A DNA stretch of 63,384 nt, counting the filler, from Octopus bimaculoides (Eukaryota): NCBI RefSeq assembly GCF_001194135.2. It is 6 parts of 5 records of this genome, joined end to end, with 100 filler letters (N's around TTAATTAATTAA, not from the genome) between each part and the next. Parts side by side here need not be neighbours in the genome. Positions count along the whole stretch, not along the records: positions 8,455 to 33,311 come from NC_068987.1; positions 33,412 to 50,333 come from NC_069000.1; 4 more parts are not named here. One strand, written 5' to 3'. This document shows positions 30,828 through 44,651 of this stretch, piece by piece. The position numbers and the translations under genes are program-made. Within the stretch, counting starts at the first letter, position 1; each line of letters opens with the position of its first letter. The notes beneath the pieces are model-generated. The model was not told the DNA's origin and searched no databases. It saw only the letters and a program-made list of their open reading frames with translations.

Positions 30828-31789
30828 TAGGCATACGTAAGTATATATATATCAATCATCTATCTATTTATGTTTGTGCGTGTGTGGGGGGACTATGAAT
30901 ATGTTTACGTATGTATGCATGCATTCATGTATTTATGTGCGTATGTATGTATGTATGTATGTACGTACGTACGTATGTATGTATGTATGTATGTATGTAT
31001 GTATGTCTGCACCTTCAAGTATGCAATTCCTTTTCCTATGCTGTTGATTACCGTTAGAACTTCCAGTTCTTTGTAACAGTCAACAGATTTATATGCATCT
31101 ATCTGCCTATCACTTTCTCTCTCACTCTCTCTCTCTCTCTCTTTCTCAGTTTTTCACTCACGCTCTCTCTTTCACACACATGCACACACCCACGCACACA
31201 CACACACACACAAACTCTCTCTCTCTCTCTCTTTCTCTCGCTCTCATTCTCTCTCTGTCCCTCTCTCTCTTTCTCTCGCTTATTGCTCTATAACGATGTG
31301 TAGTGTGTGTATATAGACGATAGTGAAAGAGTATGTGAAAGAGAGAGAGAGAGAGAGAGAGAGAGGGGGAGGGAGTAAAGGAGAGAAAGAAGGTGACAAA
31401 CAGTATATATAGGGGCGTATGTTGATGCGTATACCTAAGAGTATCGGTATGTGTGTGTGGGTGTGTGTGTGTGAATATGTTAGCTAAACGTGCGTATGAA
31501 AGATGAATGAATAGACGTCGAAAGACAAAGAGAGAGAGAGAGAGAGGGAGCTGTCGATGTTGTTGTTCGTGTTGTTGCTGTTGCTATTGTTGTTGTTGCT
31601 CTCGATGGTGTTGTTGTTGTTGTTGCTGCCGGTGCTGCTGCTATTTCAGTTCTGTTTCGCCCCAGTTGAAACACGAATGAACAGAGACCCATGATCAGAA
31701 GTGTATCAAGCATGATGGCCCTGTTGTATTTGTTTATTTATTTATTCATTCATTTACCATCAACACCGCCGTCGTTCGCAACGTTGTCG

Positions 31790-31823
<34 letters not shown>

Positions 31824-33066
31824 GTCCATCGTCATCAACTCCAACACCCTCATCGTCATCGCCACCACCATCGATGCCGCCGACGCCTCAGTTTGCCTCC
31901 TACTCCACTTTTTTCTTTATCATCATCATCATTATAATCATCATGTCCCTTAGTGCTACATTTTCTAATGTGTCCCTCACTTCCTTCGTAATCCAACCTA
32001 TAACACTTTTTCAAACATATTCCTTCTTGTCATCGTTTTTTTCTTTTTGTCGACAAAATGATTATGAAAAGAAGAAGAAAAAAAAACAGGATATGATCTA
32101 AGGAAGATTTGTTATCTATTTCTAGCACATCAAGAGATCGTATGGAAACACTTTTCATAAACTTTTCTGTTACTTATTATTATTTTCTATTTGTTATTTT
32201 AAATGACGAAACTCAAATAATTTGTGATAATCTATTATTGTTTTACTGAATTCTATCAATAAACTGCGGCCATCAACGGAACCATCCGTGAATAGTTTAC
32301 TTCTAGATATTCATCACATTGCTTTATTTTATATTTAACACTTCCGTCACATATACAGATTTTGCATAATTATTAAAAATGGGAACCAGAGCAGTACACA
32401 GTACGCGCTTACATCCATCCACACATGCTCACACGAGCGCATATACATACAAACGTTCACACAAATACATATACTTATAATTTTTTTTTTTTTTTTTTAT
32501 GTGTTTCAGCCAAGTGGCTGCGGTCTGTATAACTTTTAACAAATTCACACATATAAATGATATATATTTTAAGAAATTCACACATAAATTATATATATAG
32601 AGAGAGAGTGGGGTGCAAAGGTAGGTATATACTTAGGAAAAAAAGAAATCACGTACAATGCTCATTTATTTTTATGAAAAAACTTAAAAGTTAGACTCAT
32701 TTTTTTTTGTATTTTGAGTGTCATTAATCATAATACATTTATCCTAACTACAATACTTTTCAAGTAACTTCTATTTTTTTTTTTATAGAAATAAATGAGT
32801 ATTGTACGTGTTTTCTTTTTTCATGACCGTACAACTAGTTTTACACACGCATGTATGTATGTATGTACGTATGTATGTATGTATGTATGTATGTATGTAT
32901 GTATGCATGCATGTATCATACGATATGACATCATAACATGTCATAACATATCATATCTTGTCATATCATTTCATATTATATCATATAAGTTTAATGGAAG
33001 ATACTACACCACAACTGAAGTTATATAGATAGATATACCGATAAATAGATAGTCACACAGTTAGAC

Positions 33067-33113
<47 letters not shown>

Positions 33114-34575
33114 TGTGTGTATAATTATATCTATATCGTATATATCATAGTAATAATATTAAGGATAAAAATCCAAATTTAGAGGTAAAAATTCTATTAA
33201 ATTCAATTTATTAAAAATTAAAATTAAATTAAGTTACAAAATTAAAATATATTTATGTGACAGTGAATTTTCATCGATGAGTTCATGAACCTTGGTTTTT
33301 TTTCCCTAAAANNNNNNNNNNNNNNNNNNNNNNNNNNNNNNNNNNNNNNNNNNNNTTAATTAATTAANNNNNNNNNNNNNNNNNNNNNNNNNNNNNNNNN
33401 NNNNNNNNNNNCTTGTTTTGACATTTTGTGATATTTGTCATTTTTGGCCAAAGGGAAATATAACCTTGCTTGGAAACAGGTGAAAGGTGGTGACATGAAG
33501 GCATTTTGAAAATCTGCCTTAAAAAAAACAAAAAAAATTCCGATTGACCTATGCAAGCATGGAAAAGTGGATTTTAAATGATGATGGTGTGTGTGTGTGT
33601 ATGTATGTGTGCCCATGCACACACACACACATGTATGTTTATCTGTGTGTACATCTCTCTCTCTCTCNNNNNNNNNNGTATCTGTACATACACCATTAAC
33701 CAAAAATACTGTTCAAAAGCAGAGTGAAATACAAGTTAGTCTCTAGAGACTATAAAAGTGGGTTAGTTCGTTAGTTAAGCAACTGAAGTTGCCAACAAAA
33801 TTGGAGCTGGAGGCAAAGGGTGTGTGTATAGTGGGGTGTGGCTGTTAAATGTTCGCGTCAGTGGGCAGTGTGATTATTAGAGGAAATCAACCAGCCTAGG
33901 AAAGATTAGTAGGGTGATGATGCCATGCTAGAGGAAACTGTTTATGTAGGTAGCTAGTATAGTACATTTAGAATAAAAACTCACTGGTGATATTACAAGA
34001 GTTCACTGCAATTTTTATTTATTTATCTATTATGGCAGAGAAGTATTTAGTTGAAATGTAGAGGGAAAAGGTCAACATTAGATTTCTTTTTCACCCCTCA
34101 TCATAGACAAAAATTCTATTAACAGCAGCAGACTGAATCGTAAAACTGGGTTTATTGATTAGTGTGTGTGTGTTTGTGTGAGTTTTTAAAAGATTTTATA
34201 CATTTATATGTATAAATGCACGCATGCACACACATATGAGCACACACATATGAGCACACACATACACACATTTTGTGTATATTTTTATTCCATGATTTGG
34301 TCAGTTGAGTGTAGTGAATTAGGTCAGTTATCAGAATTGAAGGTATCTCTTGATTTTTTTTTTTGTTTTGCTTTTAATATTTTGCATCTATTTTTAGCCA
34401 AATTGTAATCTGTTTTGTTGCACATAAGCAGGTGGTTTAGTAATGCACACCTGCACATATTTGCTAAAGACTGCACCTTCCGAACTGATCGATCCTTGCT
34501 TGTTGCGAAGCTTTCTGGCAAAAAAGGCATTAAGTAGATATTTGACATCAAATTGAAGGTCTTCACATGTCTGTC

Positions 34576-34668
34576 TCACCTTGCTCTCCTCTATTTCACC
34601 TTGCTCTCCTCTATTTCACCTTGCTCTCCTCTATTTCACCTTGCTCTCGTGTATTTCACCTTGCTCTC
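34576..34668. repeat. Minisatellite, 20-bp unit, ~4.6 copies
   Basis: Unit tcaccttgctctcctctatt repeated head to tail; the fourth unit has two substitutions. Confidence 0.95.
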
Positions 34669-35344
34669 AAGTCTTACAGATAGCTCCATTAGAGAGTTTA
34701 TTATTGTAAACCTCAGGCCTATGTAATTTACTGTGATTAAGTTTAACTTGTGTAGTTAGCATAATAGCAGAACAGTACACACATGGACTATGCACGCTTT
34801 CACGTGCACACACACACAACCTTCTGCTACTCTATAAAGTACACTTTAAAATTTGATGTGAGTGAGCTATGCACATATTTTGCATGAAGTGTATATACTT
34901 GTAGTATAGAGGTTTTGTCTGAATTTTCTGAGATGAGGAATTATCATTAGCCAACATTATGGTTTTGACTTTGGTTCCACTGTGCTACACTTTAGGCAAG
35001 TGTCATTTACCATAGTCATGGGCTGACAAATGCCTTGTAAGTGGATTTGATAGATAACTGAATGAAGGCCGTTGTGTATGTATGTGTGTGTGAGTGATTG
35101 TTTATATTTGTGTTTCTTTAAAAATCACTGAGCTACCAGCAGTGGGGATGTGAACATTTCGTGTCAACAAAACTGTCCACTGGTTTATGGTATTGAAGAT
35201 ATGTGGAATAAGGTTCTCTTACTTGAAAACCAGGTAAGCATTAGTGACAGGAACAGCATCCAACAGTAAAACAATGCCTCAGTCATATATTTGTCTAACC
35301 CATGCAAGTATGAAAATGGATGAGCGTTCTCATCTTGATTATTA

Positions 35345-35392
35345 GTCAAGATAGCATTTTGGGCCATTGTATACCTTGGCCTTCTTCAGATG
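35345..35392 (-). ncRNA. Decayed hammerhead motif
   Basis: The minus strand reads CUGAAGA-A-GGCCA-loop-UGGCC-C-AAAAUG; the expected CGAAACG appears as CAAAAUG (two CpG transitions). Confidence 0.45.
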
Positions 35393-35502
35393 CTTGCTGT
35401 ATTTACTAATATTTTTTGAATTTCAAACACTCTTTATTAAAGCCACCTGGATTTTATAAATGGTTCAGTTGAAATACCCAAAATGTTACTGAATATGATG
35501 GG

Positions 35503-35548
35503 CACTTGAAGAACACCAGAGTGTATAATGGCCAAAATGTTGTGACTA
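35503..35548 (+). ncRNA. Decayed hammerhead motif, inverted relative to 35345-35392
   Basis: cacUUGAAGA-ACACCA-gagtgtataa-UGGCC-AAAAUG-ttgtgacta; same layout and similar stem II loop as the minus-strand copy. Confidence 0.4.
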
Positions 35549-35564
35549 TACAGTGTTACAGTGT

Positions 35565-35948
35565 GTGTTGGCACTCCATCGCTTACGACGTCGAGGGTTC
35601 CAGTTGATCCGATCAACGGAACAGCCTGCTCGTGAAATTAACGTGCAAGTGGCTGAGCACTCCACACACACGTGTACCCTTAACGTAGTTCTCGGGGATA
35701 TTCAGCGTGACACAGTGTGACAAGGCTGACCCTTTGAATTACAGGCACAACAGAAACAGGAAGAAAGAGTGAGAGAAAGTTGTGGTGAAAGAGTACAGCA
35801 GGGTTCGCCACCATCCCCTGCTGGAGCCTCGTAGAGCTTTAGGTGTTTTTGCTCAATAAACACTCACAATGCCCAGTCTGGGAATCGAAACCGCGATCTT
35901 ATGACTGCGAGTTCGCTGCCCTAACCACTGGGCCATTGCGCCTCCACT
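35565..35948 (-). mobile_element. tRNA-derived SINE family C
   Basis: The minus strand begins gtggaggcgcaatggcccagtggttagggcagcg...ggtttcgattccc (A and B boxes) and ends gatggagtgccaaca; a closely similar second copy lies at 48630-49017. Confidence 0.85.
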
Positions 35949-38256
35949 GTTGTGACAATAACAACCATGATAAGGCCTTTTGTTGAAATATACCAAGTGT
36001 ATAACAGTATAGTTGTTGTTCCCTTTTGCTCCCTTTGTCTTGTAATCTTTCAGATTGTAAGGAGGTTGGTGCAGGAATTAACTCTGTGATTAAGATACTT
36101 GCAATGCAAATACATGGCTTTAAGTTCAACTCCTCTGCATGACACTTTGAAAAAAGTATCTTTTATCATAGCTTCAGCTCAATCAAAGCCTTGTGAATAA
36201 AATGATTGATGATGGAAACTGTGGAAGCATATCAGAGAGACTGTTCTTGTTCTTTTGTGGTGAACATTGTCCATTACGTAGTTTAACACCACCATCGCAC
36301 CCTTGGGTATCTTTAGTAGAGTCTACTCTGTTGCAAGCTTTTAGGCTAGGTCCCCTTACATGTCTGAATTCTTGTCCTTGTGCCTATTTGCCGGTTAACT
36401 TAGCCAGATCCTTAGTTCAGTACTAGTAATGTGGTTATTTACTCATTATTGTTTAACGTCTGCTTTCCATGCTGACATGGGTTGGACGGTTTGACGTGGA
36501 GCTGGCTAGCAGGGAGTTGTTCAGACTCCATTGCCTGTTGTGGCATAGTTTCTCTGGTTGGATGCCCTTCCTAGTGCCAACCACTTAACAGTGTGCTGGG
36601 TGCTTTCTATGTGCCACCGGCATGGGTGTATTTATGCAGCACTGGCACCTGAAAGGACAAACCTGTATGTGTGGAAGACAGTGATTTTACTTAGCTTGAT
36701 GTGTGTTATCAAGAACAGCAAGTCGCCACATCTCACTGGTTTAATAAAACTGGAAACTGATAAACTAATAATGGTTTCAAGTTTTGGCACAAGGCCAGCA
36801 AGTTTGGAGACGGAGTAAGTTGATTTCATCGAACCCAGTGTTTAACTGGTACTTACTTTATCGACCCCGAAAGGATGAAAGGCAATATTGGAAGAATTTA
36901 CATGCAAAACATAGAGATGAAATGCCGCTAAGCATTTTCTCCAGCATGCTAATGATTCTGCCAGCTCGCCACCATAATTGATAAAATAAAATTTTTTTAA
37001 AATAGTTATTTCAACAATTATATCTAGTTAAGTACAGAGATAAGGTATTATAAATATATGTGTCAGTAGAGGAGACTGCTATAGCTATGTCAGTAAATAC
37101 CCTCCCACACAAGCTGCTATTCTTGTGTATAGCCAGGTGGTCGGTGGTCATCTGTAGTTTTGTGGTGTAAAATAGTTTCATTACTAGTAGCTTGATAAAA
37201 ACTAGCCAGTCAGGTCAACTGGTTATCTTACTTGTTAGACAGGGCAAAAAGCCAGATTGATTTTGCTTTGACTGGGGAAAACAAGGAAGGTAAAACAGTA
37301 AATACAAAGACAATCCCTTGTGTGGAATAATAATTCTCAACATAGATTTACCTGATTTCATACTTCAAACAATGAAGCAAAAAGTTAACCAGTAGAGCAG
37401 TAGCTAAAAAGTGCCTCAGTGAAAGCTTATTATACAACAAAAGGCATACAGTTGATTAAACCAAAAATACGTACTTCAGTGGATATAATTATTCTAAAAC
37501 AAATATTAATATTACTCACCAAAGACTTCATTAAAGAAATTCATTATAAATTTATTTCGATTAGCTTAAAGACCCCCCCAAAATAGAACAAGTCACATAC
37601 GTCCTTGAGGCAATAGCTATTATTTTCTCTTTAAACCATTGAATGTAAAGTATATATATATAAAAAAAAATTAGTTTACAGTGATCAGAAATGCTGACTT
37701 AAGTTGATTAAATATACGTTTTAATGAAGCCCATAGTTCGTAATGTTTAATATTAGTTTTGGGAAATTTGATAATGTTCAAATTTGATAATGTTTGTTGT
37801 CTGATAGTAATATTAACAAGGCTATTTTTTATCATGTATATTGAGTGTCTGAAATACTGTATGTAGCAGTGGGCTTTAATCTTTTTAATGTTTGCTTATT
37901 TCATTCTTGTGACATTACAGCAAATTGTCTACCAAATGTTTGAAAGACACCATATCTAAAAATAAACGAATACCTCCTCCAGTTGCATTTTTAATATTTT
38001 CTTTTTAAAATTTCATTTGTACTCAGTGATTAATCAAATATTTTTCTAATAGGAATTTAGCTATTTTTCATTAATGTTTTCTTATTACAAAGCTTTCTAA
38101 GTTACACACACACCTGCATTAGCATTTATTTTGCAGAGTCAGTTAGTCTTCTCCAGTTGTAACTATAACATGAATAACTGCCATCCTCTATTCTCTGCTG
38201 TTGGTCATTTGAAGCTGGTCTGCATTTGTTTGAAGATTGCAAATATTTAAACAACA

Positions 38257-38633
38257 GGCACAGGCATAGCTGTGTAGTAAGAAGCTTGTTTCCCAACCAT
38301 GTGGTTCCCACTGCATGGCACCTTGGGCAAGTGTCTGCTATAGCTTCAGGCCTTGTGAGTGGATTTGGTGGACAGAAACTGAAAGAAGCCCTTCGTGTAT
38401 GTATGTGTGTGTGTGTGTTTTTGTCCCCACCTCATTGCTTGATAACCTGTTTTGGTGTGTCTATGTGTCCATAAATTAGCAGTTTGGCAAAAGTGATTGA
38501 TAGAATAAGTACCAGGTTTAAAAAAAAAATATTAAAAAAATTAACTAAAAACTGGGGCCCATTCATTCAACTAAAATTTTTCAAAAGAATGCCTCAGCAT
38601 TGCTGAGGTCTAACGAGTGAAACAAGTAAAAGA
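38257..38633 (+). mobile_element. SINE family A, near full length, CpG-depleted
   Basis: Matches the family head and tail; most CpG positions read TpG or CpA. Confidence 0.8.
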
Positions 38634-39727
38634 ACTGTTATTAGCATGAGGTATGTTCTTCAATCAATTACATTACATGTCAGTTGTCTATCAGATTAAT
38701 TCTGCCAATCTCCAAATGTTGAATTAGAATTAACAGCAACATGGATGATTAAACTTTTGAAATTTGGTGGAATCTAAGTTGAGGGTTAATAGTTTTACTG
38801 GTCAACATGTTTAGGCTTTGGTCGGCCCAAGGCTATAGGAGAAGACATTTGCCCAAGGTGCCACACAGTGGGACTGAATCCGGAACCATGTGGTTCGTAA
38901 GCAAGCTACTTACCACACAGCCACTTCTATATTTAATTATAGTTTTTTTTAATTTTTTAATTTATTTTTTTTTTTTTAGTGAATTTAACAACAAACTAAA
39001 ATAAACCAGGTTGAAAAAGCAACGAAAGCTTTGGAAGAAAAAATATAAATAATGAGTGGAAATCGAACCGGTGATTGTGTTAGATAATAAGGCATTAAGA
39101 TAATATGACTCTCCCCAGACACANNNNNNNNNNNNNNNNNNNNNNNNNNNNNNNNNNNNNNNNNNNNNNNNNNNNNNNNNNNNNNNNNNNNNNNNNNNNN
39201 NNNNNNNNNNNNNNNNNNNNNNNNNNNNNNNNNNNNNNNNNNNNNNNNNNNNNNNNNNNNNNNNNNNNNNNNNNNNNNNNNNNNNNNNNNNNNNNNNNNN
39301 NNNNNNNNNNNNNNNNNNNNNNNNNNNNNNNNNNNNNNNNNNNNNNNNNNNNNNNNNNNNNNNNNNNNNNNNNNNNNNNNNNNNNNNNNNNNNNNNNNNN
39401 NNNNNNNNNNNNNNNNNNNNNNNNNNNNNNNNNNNNNNNNNNNNNNNNNNNNNNNNNNNNNNNNNNNNNNNNNNNNNNNNNNNNNNNNNNNNNNNNNNNN
39501 NNNNNNNNNNNNNNNNNNNNNNNNNNNNNNNNNNNNNNNNNNNNNNNNNNNNNNNNNNNNNNNNNNNNNNNNNNNNNNNNNNNNNNNNNNNNNNNNNNNN
39601 NNNNNNNNNNNNNNNNNNNNNNNNNNNNNNNNNAAATGAACTCCAACAGAATAGGAAAACCATTTATGAATATCGAAACCTGGAATTTTGCCAATTGTTA
39701 AAGAAAATTATTTCATAATTAGTCAAA

Positions 39728-39761
<34 letters not shown>

Positions 39762-40325
39762 GTGAATGCTTTAGTTTATGTATCTCTCAATGTTTTTAAT
39801 ACTGATATTATGCTATGTTATTGCTGCTATTTTCTAAGAAATATTGTTGGCATTCCATGAAACAAATTTTGACTTATTTCAAAGAAATCTTTTCAAATAA
39901 TTGTACTCCTCCTCCCCGTCTGCCTATTGACTAGATCCGCTGGTTCTGTGAGATGCCCTGAGTTCCAACACATGCGCTCACACACACACACACACACACA
40001 CACCACTCCTTTGTTGCAGTGATGTTACACAGAATTTTGCCATAATGTAGGGTTCCATAGTAAAAATCTTCCATTGGATTTTCACATTTTGTGCTATGGT
40101 AAGATTTTCAGGAGCATGAGGCTTCCTCATCATAGAGGATGCATATATGTATATATGCGCGTGCGTGCGTGTGTGTGTATGTGGCAAGAAGTTTGCCTCA
40201 CAATCACATGATTGTGGGTTCAGTCCCACCGTATGGCACCTTGAATGAGTGTCTTCTAGTACAGTATCAGGTTGACCAAGGTTTTGTGTGTGGATTTGGT
40301 AGATGGAAACTAAAAGAAACTCTTC

Positions 40326-40363
<38 letters not shown>

Positions 40364-41239
40364 CTTAACATTGTGTGAAATGATTGTAACTGTCATACTA
40401 GCTGTGTCACACATTTGCGATATTCTGTGGGATTTCTGGCCATGGGGAAATATTACCTTGTTTGGCAACAGTTGAGAGTTGGTAACAGGAAGGACATCTG
40501 ACTGGAAAATTTGTTTCAATAACCTTGGTCCAACTCATGCAAGCATAGAAAGGTGGACATTAAAATATTGATAATTATGATGTGTGTGTGTGCGTGTGTG
40601 TGTGTGTCATACTATTCAAAATAAATTAGTTGATGTCATACGATTCAAAGTAAATTAGTTGAAGTACTGGGTTGTAAGGGATTGTAGAATGCCTTGTTGT
40701 AGGGTCTGAGTAGTTAAGTACCTAATTCTAGGGGTTTGTAGAGTGAAGTACTAGATTGGAAGGTTGAAAACTTTCATCTGTGGCCCAATTAAATGAATTC
40801 CGTGACATTTTTGTTCTACACTATTTTAATACCTACCTTATCTGTTGACATGGATTAAATGGATTGATTGCTCTGTATCAAATATCCCATTGTCTTTTAA
40901 CTAATTAAGCAACTGTCTTGTCATTCTCTCCTAACCTCTTTAATTATTATCTCATTGTGATTTTTCCTTCAGCTTATCTAACAATTATTTTTTTGAATGC
41001 TTATTGGGACAATTTTACAAACTAGCTATCTCAATATGATTGCAGTGTGTTGAACACTAGGACGATTTGAATTTAGAATTTAGGAGTAACCCAAATATTG
41101 AAAGAAAGAAAAAAAAAACATGTCTAAGGAAACTGGGCATCGTTGGAAAACAGGAGGAGGGAAAATCTTAGTTTGTAAAATAAGATAATTTAAGGAGTAA
41201 AGGTGAGTACTTATGTTGGAGGCAGGCCTCTTCAATTGT

Positions 41240-41581
41240 TTCTGCTTGAGAAATCTTTGTATATGTATACATGTATATATATATGTGTGTATATATATAT
41301 GTGTGTATATATATATATATGTATATATATGTGTATATGTATGTGTGTATATATATATATGTATGTGTATATATGTATATGTATGTGTATATATATATAT
41401 GTATGTGTATATGTATGTGTATATATATATGTATATGTATGTGTGTATATATATATATGTATGTATATATATATATATACATGTATATATATGTATGTAT
41501 ATATATATATATACATGTATATATATGTATGTATATATATATGTATATATACATGTATATACATACATGTATTATATATAC
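41240..41581. repeat. Compound TA/TG alternating purine-pyrimidine microsatellite
   Basis: About 340 bp of near-continuous (RY)n. Confidence 0.95.
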
Positions 41582-42084
41582 ATAAATACGCATAAAATTC
41601 TTCCTTAGGCATAAGCATGGCTGTGTGGTAAGAAGCTTGCTTACCAACCACATGGTTCCGGGTTCAGTCCCACTGCGTGGCACCTTGGTCAAGTGTCTTT
41701 TCAGGGCATTTATCAGGAAGTAGTCTTGCAACTGTTTCTGGGATATTATGGATATCCCTTCGTCAGAGACAGTGTGAGAAGTTTAAATTGAGGAAATATT
41801 TGAGATCGAATTATTATGGAAAAGGAGGAGATAGGGAGTATCGATAGAAATAAGAGAATGAAAGTAGAAATAAGATATATAAAGATATTGTAGTGGCAGT
41901 TCCATTATTCGAGGAAAACAGTGTAGAAGTGGGAAAGAAGTTTCCTGTACATGGTATGTAAGTTCCAACAACATATCATGTTTAGTCATTTCAAAGTATG
42001 GGGCTGTGGGATCTGTGTTGCTTGTTCGAAAGGGTTTTGCGGTGTGAATGAAAATTCTAGTAAAATAAGTTAGTAAAATAAGTT

Positions 42085-42292
42085 GCATTCAATGAAGTGC
42101 CAAGATATCCAAATGGAAGGAAACTGTGGAAGAAGATCTCGGAAAATATTTGCAGAGAAGTGGTAAAAGCTTTTCTCTGGAAGTTGAACCACACAAAAGA
42201 ACATGACAAATAGTAAGATGCCGTGTTGAAACGGACGAAGCATGGAAAGTGGACATAAAAAAATGATTATGATGACAAAGACTTCATTATCT
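42085..42292 (+). mobile_element. Degenerate RTE-like LINE 3' end
   Basis: Translates KCQDIQMEGNCGRRSRK (cf. the EGxxxRGRPRKTW end of RTE ORFs). Ends catggaaagtggacataaaaaaatgattatgatga, the same tail seen on local SINE-like copies. May extend upstream to ~41720. Confidence 0.55.
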
Positions 42293-44651
42293 TCTACCAT
42301 ATATGTTAGGGTAGGTGTAGGTTCAGGGGCAATTTGGCTGTTATTTCTAGCAAGTCAAAGGGTCATGTTGAGGTTCCCTTGTTGGCTTGTTTAGCATCCT
42401 GTTAGCAAGGTTCATAGTTTCATTTATAATTTTAGACAGCCCTACATAAGCATATGTAAATGAAGTTGGTCTAGAAGCTAGTTTTAAATTGACCTACATT
42501 TGAACTGACACTCTGAACTATATGCATATTTTATCTTTGTAATAGGTTTGCTAACCTTTTCCACTTGCCAAACTAAAACATTTTTAATACTTTTGTTCTG
42601 ATCTCTTTTTTTTATTGTTTTACTTCTTCCAGTTTCACTGTGTGTGTGTGTGTGTGTATATACACACACAAACACATTGCATAGAGTAAAAGATAGTCAC
42701 AAACATACCCACATTAGCACCTAATGATTTTCCTATTTTCAAATGATTGTGCTACTTCAAGTTTGGGAAATCTGGCTAATATTGGCATCTAACAGTTTCT
42801 AGGCCATTTTGGTCTCGAATGACAGTTCTTATTAATGCCTAGTCATTGACTTAGCAAATTATCTGATTATTTTACTCTAAACTAATCCTCTCTCTCTAAT
42901 TTTCATCTCTCGTATTAAGCTAGTAAACTGGAGATTTTCATTCAGAATTTTCTTTCTCTTAACCAAATCATTTGATTTATAAAAATATCCTCTTATGAAT
43001 TAATGCATTTTTCAGTTTTATCGCCCACATCTTTTGATTGAGGCTTCCTCCATTAGACACTTGACTACATAGACTAGAATTAAAACATGTTCATTGTTTT
43101 TCAGTTCAGCTATTAGTGTTAGTCTATTTTTATAGATTTGTTAGTACTCAAATAATGAATGCTTTTATTAAGTAGATAGTTGTCTACAAATAAGTTACTG
43201 ATGCATTTAGTTTTCTTTGTTTCAGTGTATAAAGCATATTCATAGGTTTGTTACCGACACTATGTAATAAATGGATAGATGTAAACACCTTATCTGTATA
43301 TGCTGTATCTTCATGAATGGAAAAAGAGGGATCAGCCAAACTAGATTCAGTCCAGTTTTTGGATTACATCAGTAACTGAGTCCCTTCTTTAGCTGTACAT
43401 GGAACAATGGGCTATTAATGCACTGTTACAGAATGCTTAAATAAATAAGATAGGCCAATTTGTATATATAATATATTATTAGCAACTACTTCTATTACTC
43501 TTTTTTCAGCCCTTAAGATAATGTATATGAAGAGGAAGTATTTACATCTGTCTGTAGTGTTGGCTAAAAATATATACATATTGAAAGGCAATTTACTGCA
43601 GTATTCATTCAGAGATAATGTCTCTTAGGACATACTGTATTTAAAAAAACACAATATATATTGGAAGGAGGTGAAAATTGTTCTAGCAGTGGTTTGTGAG
43701 AACACCACCAGATGCATTTTAGCCTAGTTAGGCCTTATCAGTGGCATGTATTCACAGCCAGCTATATGCATAAATGAGATTTGTCGTCTCCTATATATGT
43801 GTGTGTGTGTGTGTGTGTATATAGGGGTCTAATATTACTATGGACTAAAGTGTCAATTTATGTATTCTTATGCAGTGTTCTCCAACTTTTTGGTATTGTG
43901 GATCTTTATAGTACATCTCATTAATACCGTAAATAATTTTTAAAAAATGTAGTAGCTGTTAACTGTAGTTACCCTCCTGGACTTATGACTCTTTTTGGCT
44001 TTCTCTTTGAACAAATACATTTTGATTATTTCACTAGAATTCTCTAACCTATTTGTAACCATATTTCAAATGAAATACACTGTGTTACTATAGACTTTGA
44101 AATCATCAAAAATTTGGAGAGATTTAGTAAAATAAGTAATGTTGTTCACTATTTTAAGATTGTTGAAAATTTTAATTTAAAGATGAATATTTTAACCCTT
44201 TAGCATTTAAACTGGCCATATCCAACCCAAATATTCTTCAGTTTTATTTTCAAATAATGTATGATTAACCCTTTAACATTCAGATTATTTTATCAAATGT
44301 AATGCTTATTTATTCACCATAATCATGCATTCTTGTAGCTTTGAGATTTCAATGATATAATGGTCTATTTCTAGAATGAAATTTATAGGGTAGGTGTGAA
44401 AGGAAGACTCTGGTTGGTTTGAACATAAAACAGAATATTTGGGCTGGATGTGACCAGTTTAAATGTTAAAGGATTAATTCAAAACAATTTGAATAAATAA
44501 ACATTACATTTGCCAGAGGAGGTTTCTGAGATAGGAGTATGAAAGAGATTAAACTCAACTCATAAATTCCAGTTTCAGAATTTTACTACAATACATAACA
44601 TAACTGGTGGGTATTCGTATAAAAGGTTAACAATTATTTCTTTTAGTAATA

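Noticed and set aside
33748-33760. TATAAAA box as PTP promoter
   Set aside because: Such motifs are expected by chance in AT-rich DNA; no first exon was identified.
34576-34668. CRISPR-like array
   Set aside because: Units are head to tail with no spacers, in a eukaryotic context with no cas genes.
35880-35948. tRNA gene
   Set aside because: A and B boxes belong to a SINE head that continues into a 380-bp repeat present twice; no full cloverleaf with an acceptor stem was evident.
43314-43380. ATG GAA AAA GAG (MEKE...) as possible PTP1B exon 1
   Set aside because: The sequence after MEKE does not resemble PTP1B, and the only nearby GT gives the wrong phase for the phase-0 exon at 45869.
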